Positions 1-11,853 of a stretch of DNA of 64,000 nucleotides are shown here, piece by piece; positions within the stretch are counted from its first letter, which is position 1; every line of letters begins with the position of its first letter. Source of the DNA: Eledone cirrhosa (taxonomy: Eukaryota); contig OZ024746.1 in NCBI GenBank assembly GCA_964016885.1, positions 3,162,001-3,226,000 on the forward strand. Direction: 5' to 3'. The notes below the pieces were generated by a model. The model was not told the DNA's origin and made no database searches. It worked only from the letters and a program-made list of their open reading frames with translations. Position numbers and translations under genes: made by a program.

Positions 1-2942
1 TTTAGTTGTTTTTGATAAATGCTTATTTTCTATAAGATAGACTGAAGTAATGAGAGTAAAGTATCCAGGGACAAAATTTAATATCTGCAGCAGGATATGA
101 ATTTACAGCTTCCACAGACATTCTCTTATGTAGACTAACAAATTACTTGCTGATTTCTCAACTCTCACCCACATAATATTATATTCTCTTCCATTTCCTC
201 CTCCTATTGCTAGGGGAGTGTGATTTAATCTTTTGGTCAGACCACAACTTTATCAGCAAGAAAATATGACCTGACACTTTAGCAAAATATTTAAATTTAT
301 ATTTGTTTAAAAAGTGTAAATAACATCTACGTTAGAATATTTGGATTTTGTTTTACTATTTATTTTTTTCAATATTGCATAACAAAAACATTTTATTCAG
401 AACTTTGTAAATCTTCATAAAGCAAATCCCAATCCTCTGAAATAGATTTGTTTGTTTACTAGAATTTATTTTTGAATTGTTAAAGGAATTCTGTAATAAG
501 ATTTTACAGAGAAAATTGAACTTTTTGCAAGAAACACTAAAATAATAGCAAAAATAAAAACAAGAAATAAAGCCATATTAAATTTCATATTTTAGATATT
601 ATCACAGGATTTGTAATGAGTAGGTGTTTCTCTCTTGTAAGGAGGTTTTATATTCTATCTATTGTATCACTTGTCTTACTCAGCCTCTCTTATTACAGAC
701 ACAAAAATCTTAAAGTAGAATATTCTATAGATAGTCAATGCTTGTCTGAAAGAGAGATTCTTACCAATGTTAGATTTTCTGCTGTTTAAATAGAAATTTA
801 TTTTAAGACTCTGGCTCCGATTATCATATCTTACAACACTAACCTTGTACTGTTATTTTATTTGTTTGTCACTTGATATATTATTAGTGTTGGCAACAAA
901 GCCAATATCTGTAGACATTTTTTACTGATATATAAAACAGAAAAGAATTAGAACAAACACAATTTCATATTTTATGTATGTGCACACACACACACAGGAT
1001 TGTAGACAGAGGACCCTTTTATATTTGAAAAGTTCTATCAATGAACTGCTTCTCAACGTCTTGGTAATTTTCTACAAGTTTTTAAAATAGTACTTCTAAT
1101 TTTAGATTAAGAATTATTAGGCATAATTAGTCTTATTTTGGTAAGATATTTCTTTTTAATCATCTATATATAATACATGTAAGACTACATGGAAATAATC
1201 TAGAGCTTTAGCTATTATATCAATGTAATAAGCTAAAAGTAATTTCCACAGTTTCTGGTTTATATTCCAAGTAGGTTTAGTTTTTGTTGGCTTAATAAAA
1301 ATTTAGATGATGATAAAGGATTTTTCAACAATGTTGCTTATTTGAATTTTGCTTATTTAATTCAAACAGAAGAAATAACCAAATCTCAAATGCACAATGC
1401 TTTCTTTCTTGAAATCCAATTCCCATTAAAATGTCCTCTGATGGTAAAAGATGCTTCATAAATGTGTGGACACTAGACAATTGCAAATTTCAATTGGTAA
1501 TAGTAGTAGCAATCATTCAACTTGGAAGACTGGTGCAACTAATATTTAGCTTAAGGGTCTTGTAGAACATACATTCAAATGTGGACAATAACATACAGAA
1601 TAAATTGGTATAGATAGTTTTATACTATAATAGCCACAGAATTTTAATATATTCTCTACTTACTACTAGTAATTAACTGAAACAGGTACAATGTTCTGAA
1701 ATACATTTGTGTGTCTGAGTGTGTGTGTAGACATACAAATGAATTTACATGTTAATGTGTGTGTATAGAGTATGCATACATGTATAAAGTGGTGATCCAC
1801 TTAACACATGCCCTCATATGAAGGCAAGTTGGTTTGATGTTCTTGGTAACATGTGTATTCTGTTGAGCTGATAACAGCATGTACAGTTCTGTTAACAGCA
1901 ATGTATATCAAAAGGACTTGTATCTTAGCTACATGATTGTAAAGGACTGTTACTGTTAGTGCTGTAAGGCTTCTGTTTGCCAGAGCAATCTTTTCTGTCT
2001 CATTCAATGTCATTGATTAGGTATGCCTGTTGATATAGCAACATACTAATTGTTGCTTGGTTGAAAATTCAATAAAATACATTTTTATTGAATCCATGGT
2101 TGTGCGTTTCCATTATTGATACAAATGTAGTTCATCTCGTTTCTACAACTTTAATTAACTATGGACTCTGAACCTTAACTGCTCATCCACCATATTTAAA
2201 TAAATTGGTTTGCAATTTTTCTTTTGGCACATTTATAGTAAGATTAATTGAATAAATAGTTCCTGGTGTTCTTAAGGATTGACTGTTTACTAACTTTACC
2301 AGAATGTTTCTATCAAATGATTTGATTTCAGCACCACATCAATATATACAGATTTATTTTATTTTATTTATTTACATCAGTTTCTATTTTATGCCTGTTC
2401 GTTGTTGTTTCTTTAAAGTTACTTTTGTTGTAATTATTTTTTTTTACCCAGAATCTATAAAATTCTGTAGGCATTGATTTTCGTTTAAATCAGATTTAAT
2501 TTGAATTTTCATTTCATTTCTATAGATATATTTCTCTCAGCTATGTGAACATTTCTATACAAATGTTTCTGTCATTTTATATGTAAGAAATATTGCCTCT
2601 CTAAATGTGTTTGATTCATTAATTCCATAGTTTATTCACTTGTCTTCAAAAAGAGTTTGTGGAAACTTTCAACTCTAAGCCTTGTTAGGTTTGGTGAGAT
2701 TAATACAGTTAATGCTTAGATTGAAATATTTTTTTCTATTTTGTATGGCTTTATCCGAAGAAAGTGTAGTAGAACATGCCTATAATTTTCTCATGTACAT
2801 CCTTATCTGGAAGACAAAAATAACCAAGTGACATTAATGCAATTTAGTGTTCAGTGTGCATTGTGCATTCTTGGTTGAAGAAACATGCTGGGAAGGGGTT
2901 CAAGTAGCAAGCAGATGTAGTAGAAATGATTTGTTATGTATG

Positions 2943-3598
2943 ACATACTCTAAGGTCGCTGTCCTGTCCCCTGTTGACATACTGCTGACTATCTTTTGAT
3001 GTATGTATGTGTATATACATATGTGTATGTGTGTGTATATGTGTATATCTCTGTGGATGCGACCAGATTTCAACACAGCAACAACTACAACAACAACAGC
3101 AACAACACCATCGTCTGTGTTGAATGTGTGTGTATGTATTTGTATATATGCGACAGCAATAACAGCATCAACACCATTGTCTGCAGCAACAGCAGCAGTG
3201 AAATGAAGGACAACAACAACAGTAACAACTACAATAACAACTACAGCACCAACAACTGTCACCACCATCACTGACCATCCACCACCACCACGCTGATACC
3301 ATCCACCACCACCACCCTGACACCATCCACCACCGCCATTACCAGCGTAAACAAACAATTATTATTGTTATTGTTATTATATACAAGCCGAACTGGACTG
3401 GGAAAGGTCAACAGTTGACATGATAGTGATTTTGACGATTTTGACTTTGATTTTGATTTTGTATCAGAACTGTCGGTAATATATGTATATATATATATGT
3501 GTTTGTGAGTTGTGTGTGTGATTGTATGCATGAATGAGTGTTGGTATGTGTGGTTGTGGTTTGTATGCATGAGTATTAGTGTGTGAGTCGTGTCAATA

Positions 3599-3637
<39 letters not shown>

Positions 3638-6600
3638 ACCATGCTGTAAAATGGAGGGGTAGAGAGGGCCCTTGAGTCTAGTAAGACATCCTCTCTAGTG
3701 CTGGTGGCACAAATAAAAGCACCCAGTCCATGCTGTAAAGTGGCGCTGGTGTTAGGAAGGGCATCCAACCAGTGTATCAATGCCAAAAAGCTTATCAGCA
3801 CAGCAACAAAACAGCATAGAAAAAAATATGAAGACGTCGCATCTCAGAGTTGCAACACTTAATGTTGGCACTCTCAGAGGTAGATCTGCTGAAATAGCGG
3901 AGATGCTGGAGAGAAGGCAGGTGGATGTGTGCTGCGTGCAAGAGGTAAGATGGAGAGGTGCCTCTGCGAGACTAGTCGTAGGCAAGCGTCTTAGCTATAA
4001 GCTATTCTGGGTAGGTAAGGATGATGGGTTAGGGGGAGTAGGCATTTTCCTGGCTGAGAAATGGATCAATAAGACAATAGAGGTAGTTCGAGTTAGTAAT
4101 CGAATAATTAAGCTTAGATTAGTTGTAGGTAGGAGACTACTGACAATCATCTCGGTCTATGCTCCCCAAGCAGGCCTAGGCAAAGATGAGAAAGACTGCT
4201 TTTATGAGCAACTTTTGCAAACAACCACAATGACAGAGGACGGAGACATCGTTATGCTAGCAGGAGACTTCAATGGTCATGTTGGACAGCTCCAGGATGG
4301 TTACACTGGGGTACATGGTGGGCATGGTTACGGTTCAAGAAATGAAGAAGGAGTGAGACTTCTTGAATTTTGTGATGCAAGTACATTGACTATTTGCAAC
4401 ACAAACTTCCAGAAACCTGCCAATCACCTAATAACCTACAAATCTGGTGAGCACATAAGCCAGATTGACTTCCTGCTAGTTAGGCAGCGGGACAGGCAGA
4501 TAGTGTCTAATACCAAGGCATACCCTGGGGAAGAATGTACCCCACAGCATAGGTTAGTTGTTAGTGATATCTCAGTAAGCAAGAGATGGAATGAGCCATA
4601 TAGGAAGGTGTGGAGAAGAAAGGTCTGGAAGCTAAAAGACCTTTCACTAAAATTCAAATTTAGGAAAGCCCTTCAAGATGTATATGACGAAAAAGAAGAC
4701 GATTTAGAGTCGTATGACATAGATAATAACTGGAAGTTCTTACGTGACAACTTGCTGAAGGCTACTGATGAAACTTGTGGCTGGAGCAGAGCCCCAACCA
4801 GACAGAGAGTGACCTGGTGGTGGAACAGCAGTGTAGATAAGGCTATTAGAGACAAAAGACTAGCATGGAAGGCTTGGAATAAGGGTGGGAGTAGGGAAGA
4901 ATATACAGCCACTAAGAGAGAAGCTAGACGTCAGGTGTACTTAGCACGCAGGGAGGCAGAGAGTAGGAGGTTTGCCAATGTTCTGCGACGGGAAGATCAG
5001 AGGCGTGCGGTGTTCCACATTGCAAGGCAGTGTGTCAATGCAAATCAGGATGTTGTTGGTGATAAATGTGTCCGGGATGATGCCGGTGTACTTAGTGTCA
5101 CGAATGACCAGAAAAAGGAGGCCTGGAAATGCCATTATGAGAGACTGATGAATGTGGAGAACGAATGGGAGAGAGAGAAATTACCCTTGGTAGATCCGAC
5201 AGAGGGACCAGCTATTGAGATTGACGAATATAGGGTCCAAGAGGCGATTAGGGAAATGAAAAATGGTAAGGCGGCCGGACCATCGGGAATAGTTGCTGAG
5301 ATGCTGAAGGCATCAGGGGACGTAGGCACTAAACTGGTTGCACGCATAATCAATCAGGCTATATATGGTGGTGTCATACCCAAAGACTGGTGCAGCAGTA
5401 TTCTCATAAATTGCTACAAAGGTAAAGGGGATGCTTTGGAGAGGAGCAATTATAGGGGTATAAAACTGATAGATCAGGTTATGAAAGTGGCAGAAAGGAT
5501 TTTAGCACAACTAATTAGAGAAAGGGTCAAACTAGATGAGATGCAGTTTGGTTTTGTGCCTGGGAAGAGTACAACAGATGCCCTCTTCTTGGTGAGACAA
5601 ATGCAAGAGAGGTTCTTAGAGAAGAATAAGCCACTATACTTGGCCTTTGTTGACCTAGAGAAGGCCTTTGATAGGGTACCCCGATCTGTCATCTGGTGGT
5701 CCCTAAGGAAGCTGGGTGTTGAGGAATGGCTTGTAAGGACAGTGCAAACTTTGTACAGAGGTACTCTCAGTAAAGTCAGGGTAGGAATGGAGTTTAGTGA
5801 GGAATTCCAGATACAAGTAGGAGTACATCAGGGTTCGGTCCTCAGCCCGCTCTTGTTCATTATAGTCCTCCAAGCCATAACAGAGGAGTTTAAGACTGGC
5901 TGTCCATGGGAACTTCTCTATGCTGACGATCTGGCTCTTATGGCAGAATCAGTAGAGGAGCTAGAGAATAAATTCCGGCTATGGAAACAGCAGTTGGAAG
6001 CAAGAGGACTGAGAGTAAATCTAGCTAAGACAAAAGTGTTGATGAGTAGAAAAGAGGACAAAACCCTGATTCCGTCAGGGAAATGGCCATGTTCGATATG
6101 CAGAAAAGGAACTGGCATAAATTCTATAAAATGCACACAATGTAGGTCCTGGGTACACAAGAGATGTAGCGGGATAGCAGGCAAACTAACAGGTAGGGAG
6201 AAATATGTATGCAGTAGATGTACAGGGAAATTAGACAGTAGAAGTCGCACTGATAGACACATTTTTCAAATGCGAGAGGGCGCTATAGAAGTGGTGGATA
6301 GCTTCCGGTACCTAGGAGATCAGATTAGCATGGGAGGAGGGTGTTCCGAGGCCATAGTATCTAGAATAAGGACGGGTTGGAAGAAGTTTAGGGAGCTGCT
6401 TCCTCTGTTGACGAAGAAGGGTTTCTCCCTGCGTACGAAAGGCCGGTTGTATGATGCCTGTGTGAGGAGCGCGATGCTGCATGGTAGTGAGACATGGACA
6501 GCTACCGCAGAAGATATGCGACGGCTGGAGAGAAATGAGGCAAGCATGCTCCGTTGGATGTGCAGTGTAAATGTGCGTGAACGACCCAGCATAAATGTGT

Positions 6601-6916
6601 TGAGAGAGAAACTGTGTCTGAGAGGGATAGAATGTAGTGTACGGGAGAGGAGACTGAGGTGGTATGGACATGTGATGCGCATGGAGGATGACCGATGGGT
6701 GAAGAAGTGCCAGGAAATGCCAGTTGAAGGAAGACGTAGTAGAGGTAGACCACGAAAAACATGGGCGGAGGTGGTGAGAACAGACCTCAGATCATTGAAG
6801 CTCACGGTGGAGATGACGAGGGACCGTGACGAGTGGAGAGATGCTGTGCTGAATAAGACCCGTCCCACCCTTGCAAGCAGGGAAAAGCGGACGTAAAATG
6901 ATGATGATGATGATGA
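2943..6916 (+). mobile_element. Full-length RTE-clade non-LTR retrotransposon (LINE)
   Basis: Single APE+RT ORF and a (GAT)n 3' tail at about 6897-6916. Identical 12-mer TTGTTATGTATG at 2931-2942 and 6917-6928 is the candidate TSD. RTE-type 5'-UTR motif GGTGTTAGGAAGGGCATCCA at about 3748-3767. Confidence 0.88.
3780..6896 (+). CDS. RTE LINE ORF (1038 aa): AP endonuclease + reverse transcriptase + PHD-like zinc finger
   Basis: Uninterrupted ORF. APE motifs TLNVGTL, CVQEVRW, SVYAPQ, GDFNGHVG, QIDFLL, PQHRLV. RT motifs YRGIKL, QFGF, FVDLEKAFDRV, GVHQGSVLSPLLF, YADD (5919-5930), FRYLG. C-terminal RRLRWYGHVMRM...RGRPRKTW typical of RTE. Confidence 0.96.
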   Translation: MPKSLSAQQQNSIEKNMKTSHLRVATLNVGTLRGRSAEIAEMLERRQVDVCCVQEVRWRGASARLVVGKRLSYKLFWVGKDDGLGGVGIFLAEKWINKTIEVVRVSNRIIKLRLVVGRRLLTIISVYAPQAGLGKDEKDCFYEQLLQTTTMTEDGDIVMLAGDFNGHVGQLQDGYTGVHGGHGYGSRNEEGVRLLEFCDASTLTICNTNFQKPANHLITYKSGEHISQIDFLLVRQRDRQIVSNTKAYPGEECTPQHRLVVSDISVSKRWNEPYRKVWRRKVWKLKDLSLKFKFRKALQDVYDEKEDDLESYDIDNNWKFLRDNLLKATDETCGWSRAPTRQRVTWWWNSSVDKAIRDKRLAWKAWNKGGSREEYTATKREARRQVYLARREAESRRFANVLRREDQRRAVFHIARQCVNANQDVVGDKCVRDDAGVLSVTNDQKKEAWKCHYERLMNVENEWEREKLPLVDPTEGPAIEIDEYRVQEAIREMKNGKAAGPSGIVAEMLKASGDVGTKLVARIINQAIYGGVIPKDWCSSILINCYKGKGDALERSNYRGIKLIDQVMKVAERILAQLIRERVKLDEMQFGFVPGKSTTDALFLVRQMQERFLEKNKPLYLAFVDLEKAFDRVPRSVIWWSLRKLGVEEWLVRTVQTLYRGTLSKVRVGMEFSEEFQIQVGVHQGSVLSPLLFIIVLQAITEEFKTGCPWELLYADDLALMAESVEELENKFRLWKQQLEARGLRVNLAKTKVLMSRKEDKTLIPSGKWPCSICRKGTGINSIKCTQCRSWVHKRCSGIAGKLTGREKYVCSRCTGKLDSRSRTDRHIFQMREGAIEVVDSFRYLGDQISMGGGCSEAIVSRIRTGWKKFRELLPLLTKKGFSLRTKGRLYDACVRSAMLHGSETWTATAEDMRRLERNEASMLRWMCSVNVRERPSINVLREKLCLRGIECSVRERRLRWYGHVMRMEDDRWVKKCQEMPVEGRRSRGRPRKTWAEVVRTDLRSLKLTVEMTRDRDEWRDAVLNKTRPTLASREKRT

Positions 6917-7304
6917 TTGTTATGTATGCCAGTAATCTTAGATGATCCTCTTGTACGGTAAACAAAAGGTTAGAGAATATTAGTGAGGGAAGAGTTACTA
7001 ATCAGCTGCCTTGGATTGTCATTATCATTATCACCATTTTTATGTCTGATGTTCCATGCGGTTGAATAGGACGAGGTAATGTTTTACGACTGGATGCTGT
7101 CCAGAATTCATGGAGGCATGAGTAAAAGAGATGTTTTTTTATTGTTGTTTTTACACTAGAATTACTATCAGTTTTGTTTTCCTTAAGTCCAAGACAATCA
7201 CTCATGACCACAAAGCTATAACTATACTTATCTTAGACCCATGTTTATATCTTTATGTATCCATTTAATTTAATTTATAATTTAAAAAAACAGTTAGTAC
7301 CTAT

Positions 7305-7470
7305 TTAGCATGTGAAGAATTGGCAGTCGTTAGAACGTCAGATAGATTGCTTTGTGGTATTTGGTCTGGCTCTCTGCTCTCTGAGGTCAAATCCCACCAA
7401 GGTCAACTTTGCCTTTCATCCTTTTGAGGTTGATAAAAAGAAGTACAGTCTAGTACTGGGGGTAAATTCT
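7305..7470 (+). mobile_element. Degenerate tRNA-derived SINE, Nin-domain-like family
   Basis: GAGGTCAAATCC B-box-like motif and GTCAACTTTGCCTTTCATCCTTTTGAGGTTGATAAA core shared with copies at 26.0, 27.9, 45.6, 54.9 and 63.2 kb. Confidence 0.6.
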
Positions 7471-9072
7471 TCCTCTGTACCGCTTTCACACTTCCTCTCT
7501 TTCGCTCTCTATCCTTCTCTGAAAGAAATCTGTACTCAGACCTGGTGAGGAATAGGCTCCGCCAGGCTTAAAATACCCAAGAAATGCTGTATGTGAATAC
7601 ACCGCTCCTGTGACTCCAAAGGAGTTATGGGACCATATCTATTAGCATGGTAGAATAAGACTTTAGAGCAATTTAATTCTGCTCTTTTTGAACTTTTAAG
7701 TTCAACTCCTTATCGGATCAGTTTTTTTATTTCTTGTTCTACAAATATTTGTACCAATGTAAAAATAGAAATTTGTTATGCCAGTATATGAAGTTATTGT
7801 ATGTGAGAGGTATCAATCATTTCAACTAATTAAATTGAAATCAAAATTTCATCAAATTAGAAAACAATGGCAAAAACTACCATTTGGTAACTTTTAATGT
7901 TAATATTGGTAAACTGTGTGAGATCCTAATGGTGAATGCCAAGAAATGGGTGAGTGCTGCAAGTAATTTGATGGCTATCATAAGTTGAGGTGGGCAGAGG
8001 CTGTTGTAGTAACTGAAGAGGTAAAAATAAAAGTAATTTTGATAAATGACCAAACATTGTCTTTTTATGTATACCAATTAAATGAAAATAAAACAGAAGC
8101 TTGAACTTTCTTCTAATGTAGGCAAATGTTAGATTTATTTTAACTCACAGCTCAACAATGTTTTATAATATAAAATCCAGTGTCCACTTCAGTTCTTAAA
8201 ACTTCTATCAATGGGAGCTATAAAATTATCTGCAACAGATTGTTTATCTAAAGCTAAATTATTTATCTGAAAAATAAATTATATGAATAAATAACTAAAT
8301 AAATAAATCTAATTAAATTATTCATTAAAATTATGTTAGCAGCATTTAATCCTTTTTTTTATTTCTGCTAATGTTAATAGTTTTATGATGCATCACTAAT
8401 CTCCTTTGACATTTTAATTTTAGAAATATAAATTGAAACCAATTAATGGCAGTTTGAGATATAATTGGGATGTATTTATGTTTATCAGTACTTCCTAGTT
8501 TAGTTTTTTGAAACCTGGATTTGTGGTGAGTGTTTGGGAGTAAGTAAATAAATGTATGTGAATGAATAGATAATTATATTATACATGTGTATAGAAATAG
8601 TGTACACATATACATAAGTGCAGACATAGCTGTATGGTTAAAGAATTTGCTCTGCACCCATATGGTTTTGGGTGTGGCCAACCCAGTCAAGTGTCTCCTA
8701 CTATAGCCCCTGGGGTGACCATGGAATCTGGTAGATGGGAACTGGTTACAATATAATGCTTTAAACCAGTAAAAGAACACAAGAATGTTCTCTTTATCAG
8801 TTTCAGTGACATCACAATAATTATATACATAAATGTGTTTGTACGAAAAGATAAAAATATTGTCTTGCAAACAACAATTATTTTTTCATGTATATGTAGA
8901 GTTGCAGGCAGGGCTATGTGGTTAAGACTTTCACTCCACCACTTCATGATTTTGGGTTCTATCCAACTGCCTGGTATCTTGAGCATGTCTTCTACTATAA
9001 CCTCTGCCTTATCAATGCCTCATGAGCAAATTTGGTAGATGGAAGCTGTACATGTGTATATATATGTATGTG

Positions 9073-9125
<53 letters not shown>

Positions 9126-9744
9126 GCCACATGGCTTTGTGGTTAGGGTATTCAGTTCACAATCGTATGGTCGTGAGTTTGTTTCCTGTGAGGTTTTTAA
9201 AAGAAAATTGATCAGGTCAAGTAACTTTTTCTCACTTGTTTTAATGTTTTACTGATAGATCGTTTTTTTATGCTTTTTTTCTCTACACTGATTTTATTAT
9301 TTTGCAGTTTAATTCTTTTTATATTATTACTTTGGAACAATCTGCTATAATATAAAAGAGATCATGCTTTAAGATATTTAGCAGAAACTGAGTACTTTCT
9401 CATTGACTTGATGGTAACCTTTTGATATTAAACTGCCTGGTTTTATGATAAATAACTGTTTATTTTAAGCTGTTTATATTTATCTAAAAACATTCCATTA
9501 TAATTTTATGGAAGAACCTTTGTTTAACTATGTTCTAAACTCTGGCTAAAACCACTCTTCATTCTGCAATAGACAACTGTTTATATTAAAGTGTTTATAT
9601 TTATCTAAAAACTTTCCATCATAATATCACATAAGGTCCTCTGTTATGTTTCAGACACCAGCTTGATAACTAGAAAGTTTGTAATATTACTAAATCTCAC
9701 CAAATTCATAATTATTTTCAAATCTTCTTCTTCTTCTCCTCCTT

Positions 9745-9910
9745 CCGAGAGAAACGAAAGTATTGAACAGGAGAGGTGACGGTACACACCCATGGCAGAG
9801 TGCAACTCCCACATTGAATGGTTTTGATTTAGCACAATTTATCCAAACACAAGAACTTTAAGAAGGAGATCCCTCTATAATTGGAGCTATCTCTCTTGTC
9901 TCCCTTTTTC
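9745..9910 (-). mobile_element. Old RTE-like LINE RT fragments
   Basis: Nucleotide similarity to 33500-33595 and 33870-33920 (GGAGAGGTGAC...; GGAGATC..CTATAATTGGAGC). Confidence 0.5.
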
Positions 9911-9918
9911 TAAATTAA

Positions 9919-10124
9919 CCCTTTAGCATTTAAACCGACCATATCCGGCCAGAATTCTCTCACCTCTTTCTGTTCAAACTGGTCATAACCAGTTGCTCAT
10001 GCTTATGTCAAGGTATTGTTCTCTAAATAAATAATATCAAAATCTCTATATGAGATAATTGTGGGATAAAGTGTTTACCGTGAAAATACAATAGTAAATA
10101 TAGAATAATGTATATGCTAAAGGG
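9919..10124 (+). mobile_element. piggyBac-like MITE, family A (~210 bp)
   Basis: TTAA|CCCTTTAGCAT ... ATGCTAAAGGG|TTAA: TIRs plus TTAA TSD. Homologous copies at 16687, 40271 and 56527. Confidence 0.85.
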
Positions 10125-10133
10125 TTAAGCTTA

Positions 10134-11853
10134 CACCGTGTAACAAAACAAATTTTTTTCTCTGTTCCTGGCTTGTAATCACTTTTTTTGTGTTGCTTAG
10201 GTCCCAAATAAATAAAAAAGTGCTATTAAACAGTTAAAAGTTGGGGTTTGTAAAAATTCTAAGCTATTCACTAGAATTATTTGTATGCTGGATTTTACGT
10301 TGTATGTAAGTTTAATTTGCTTATGTTAAATGATTTTTTTTTTAATATATGTTTCAGGTTAAATTAAAATTATAAAATAAAGAGTAATACCTAAAGAAAA
10401 TTATAAAAGTGCAATAAAGTATAAAATTGTTAAAAAGTGGATTAAAGAGATTTATTGATACTGGATTTTCGCACCCTGAATAAAGGGTAAGTTGTGTTTT
10501 AAGCACTCGTCTCCAGGATGAAGCAGTGGAACTTGGTCAAGGAGGAAGTGCAGGTGACAAGTCAGAGAAGTCGACACAAACCTTTCTCAGGCTTTTACAC
10601 TCTTAGGGATGGCTTCTGCCATGACGTGCCTGGTCTCTTTGACGTTATTGGGGTGTCGTTTGTGCCCAAGGAGTGGCGGCTATTTATAGACAGCTCCACC
10701 ACAAGTTTGAAGGCTGTCCTCCTCCACAATGGAAACAAATTCCCGACACTGCCCCTAGCTCATTCAGTCTGCCTGAAGGAAGATTACTACAGTGTGAAAG
10801 TCCTCGTGGAAGCTCTGCAATACAACCAGTACAATTGGAAAATCATTAGAGCCTTCAAGATGGTGGCTTTCCTGCTTGGACTCCAAGGAGGCTTTATCAA
10901 ATTCCAATGCTTCCTCTGCCTTTGGGACAGCAGAGCCACCTCTGACCACTACAAAAGAAAGAACTGGGAGCAGCGAACAGAATTTATAGTTGGGACCCGG
11001 AACGTCATGTGGGAGCCACTGGTTGATCCCAGGATTGTGCTCATGCCACCACTGCACATTAAGTTGGGGTTGATGAAGCAGTTTGTGAAGGCTCTCAACC
11101 AAGAATCAGCCGCTTTTAAGTACCTTCTTGAGTTCTTCCCCAACTTATCTGAGGCCAAAATCAAAGGTGGAATTTTTGTTGGACCTCAGATAAAGAAGGG
11201 GTTTTAGTCTACCGAATTCTCCAATAAGCTCAATAGGATTGAGAGAACAGCATGGAACTGTTTCAAGGCAGTTGTTAAGGGCTTCCTGGGTAACTACAGA
11301 GCTGAAAACTACCAGCAACTGGTGCAGGATCTGATAAAGGCTTTTGGCAGGATGTCGCTTAAACTCCATATGGTGGACGCTCACCTGGAAAAATTCAAGG
11401 ACAATATGGACGCCTACTCAGAAGAACAAGGCGAACGATTCCACCAAGATGTGAAAGAGATAGAGCGGAGGTACCAGGGCCACTACAATGAAAACATGAT
11501 GGGGGACTATATCTGGGGGCTAGTGCGGGAATGCGACCTGGACTACAACCGCAAATCCAGGAAATCCAGTCATTTCTGACGTGTATAAGTTGCTTTATAA
11601 GTGTTATTTGTTTTTACTTGTTTGCTTTTGTAATAAAATAAATATATACTCTGTTGATTTAATTATATGAACTGATAAATTTTTTTTTAAATGTGTTTTT
11701 TCTTGAAAAATATGAAAATTTCGAAATATCAAACTCCTGACCACAAACCCAAACTTCTGATTAAATAATAGTGTTTTTTTAAAATAATAATGGGATATAA
11801 CAAACCATGAAATGACACTTAGAACCGGGGAACAAAAAATATGTTACACTGTG
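10134..11853 (+). mobile_element. Internally deleted Chapaev3-type (CMC) DNA transposon
   Basis: Termini CACCGTGTAACA... and ...TGTTACACTGTG are flanked by TTA on both sides (3-bp TWA TSD). The element carries the C-terminal half of the transposase. Confidence 0.8.
10518..11579 (+). pseudogene. Chapaev3-type transposase remnant (N-terminus missing, frameshift near 11200)
   Basis: ORFs 10518-11207 and 11322-11579 contain WRLFIDSS..SLKAVLLHNGN, CFLCLWDSRA, PPLHIKLGLMKQFVKAL, MSLKLH and SEEQGERFHQD, motifs I recognise from Chapaev3 transposases. Confidence 0.8.

Noticed and set aside
2943-3780. HDV-like ribozyme at the RTE 5' end (known in some RTE elements)
   Set aside because: I could not build the nested double pseudoknot by eye. 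A descriptor search is needed, so I make no claim.
2900-3801. ORFs of 152, 92, 67 and 177 aa, including a possible LINE ORF1
   Set aside because: They are low-complexity translations of (CAA)n, (CCA)n, (TA)n and poly-T, with no recognisable domain.
4436-6868. Multiple antisense ORFs inside the LINE
   Set aside because: Shadow frames of a long coding sequence, with no motifs.
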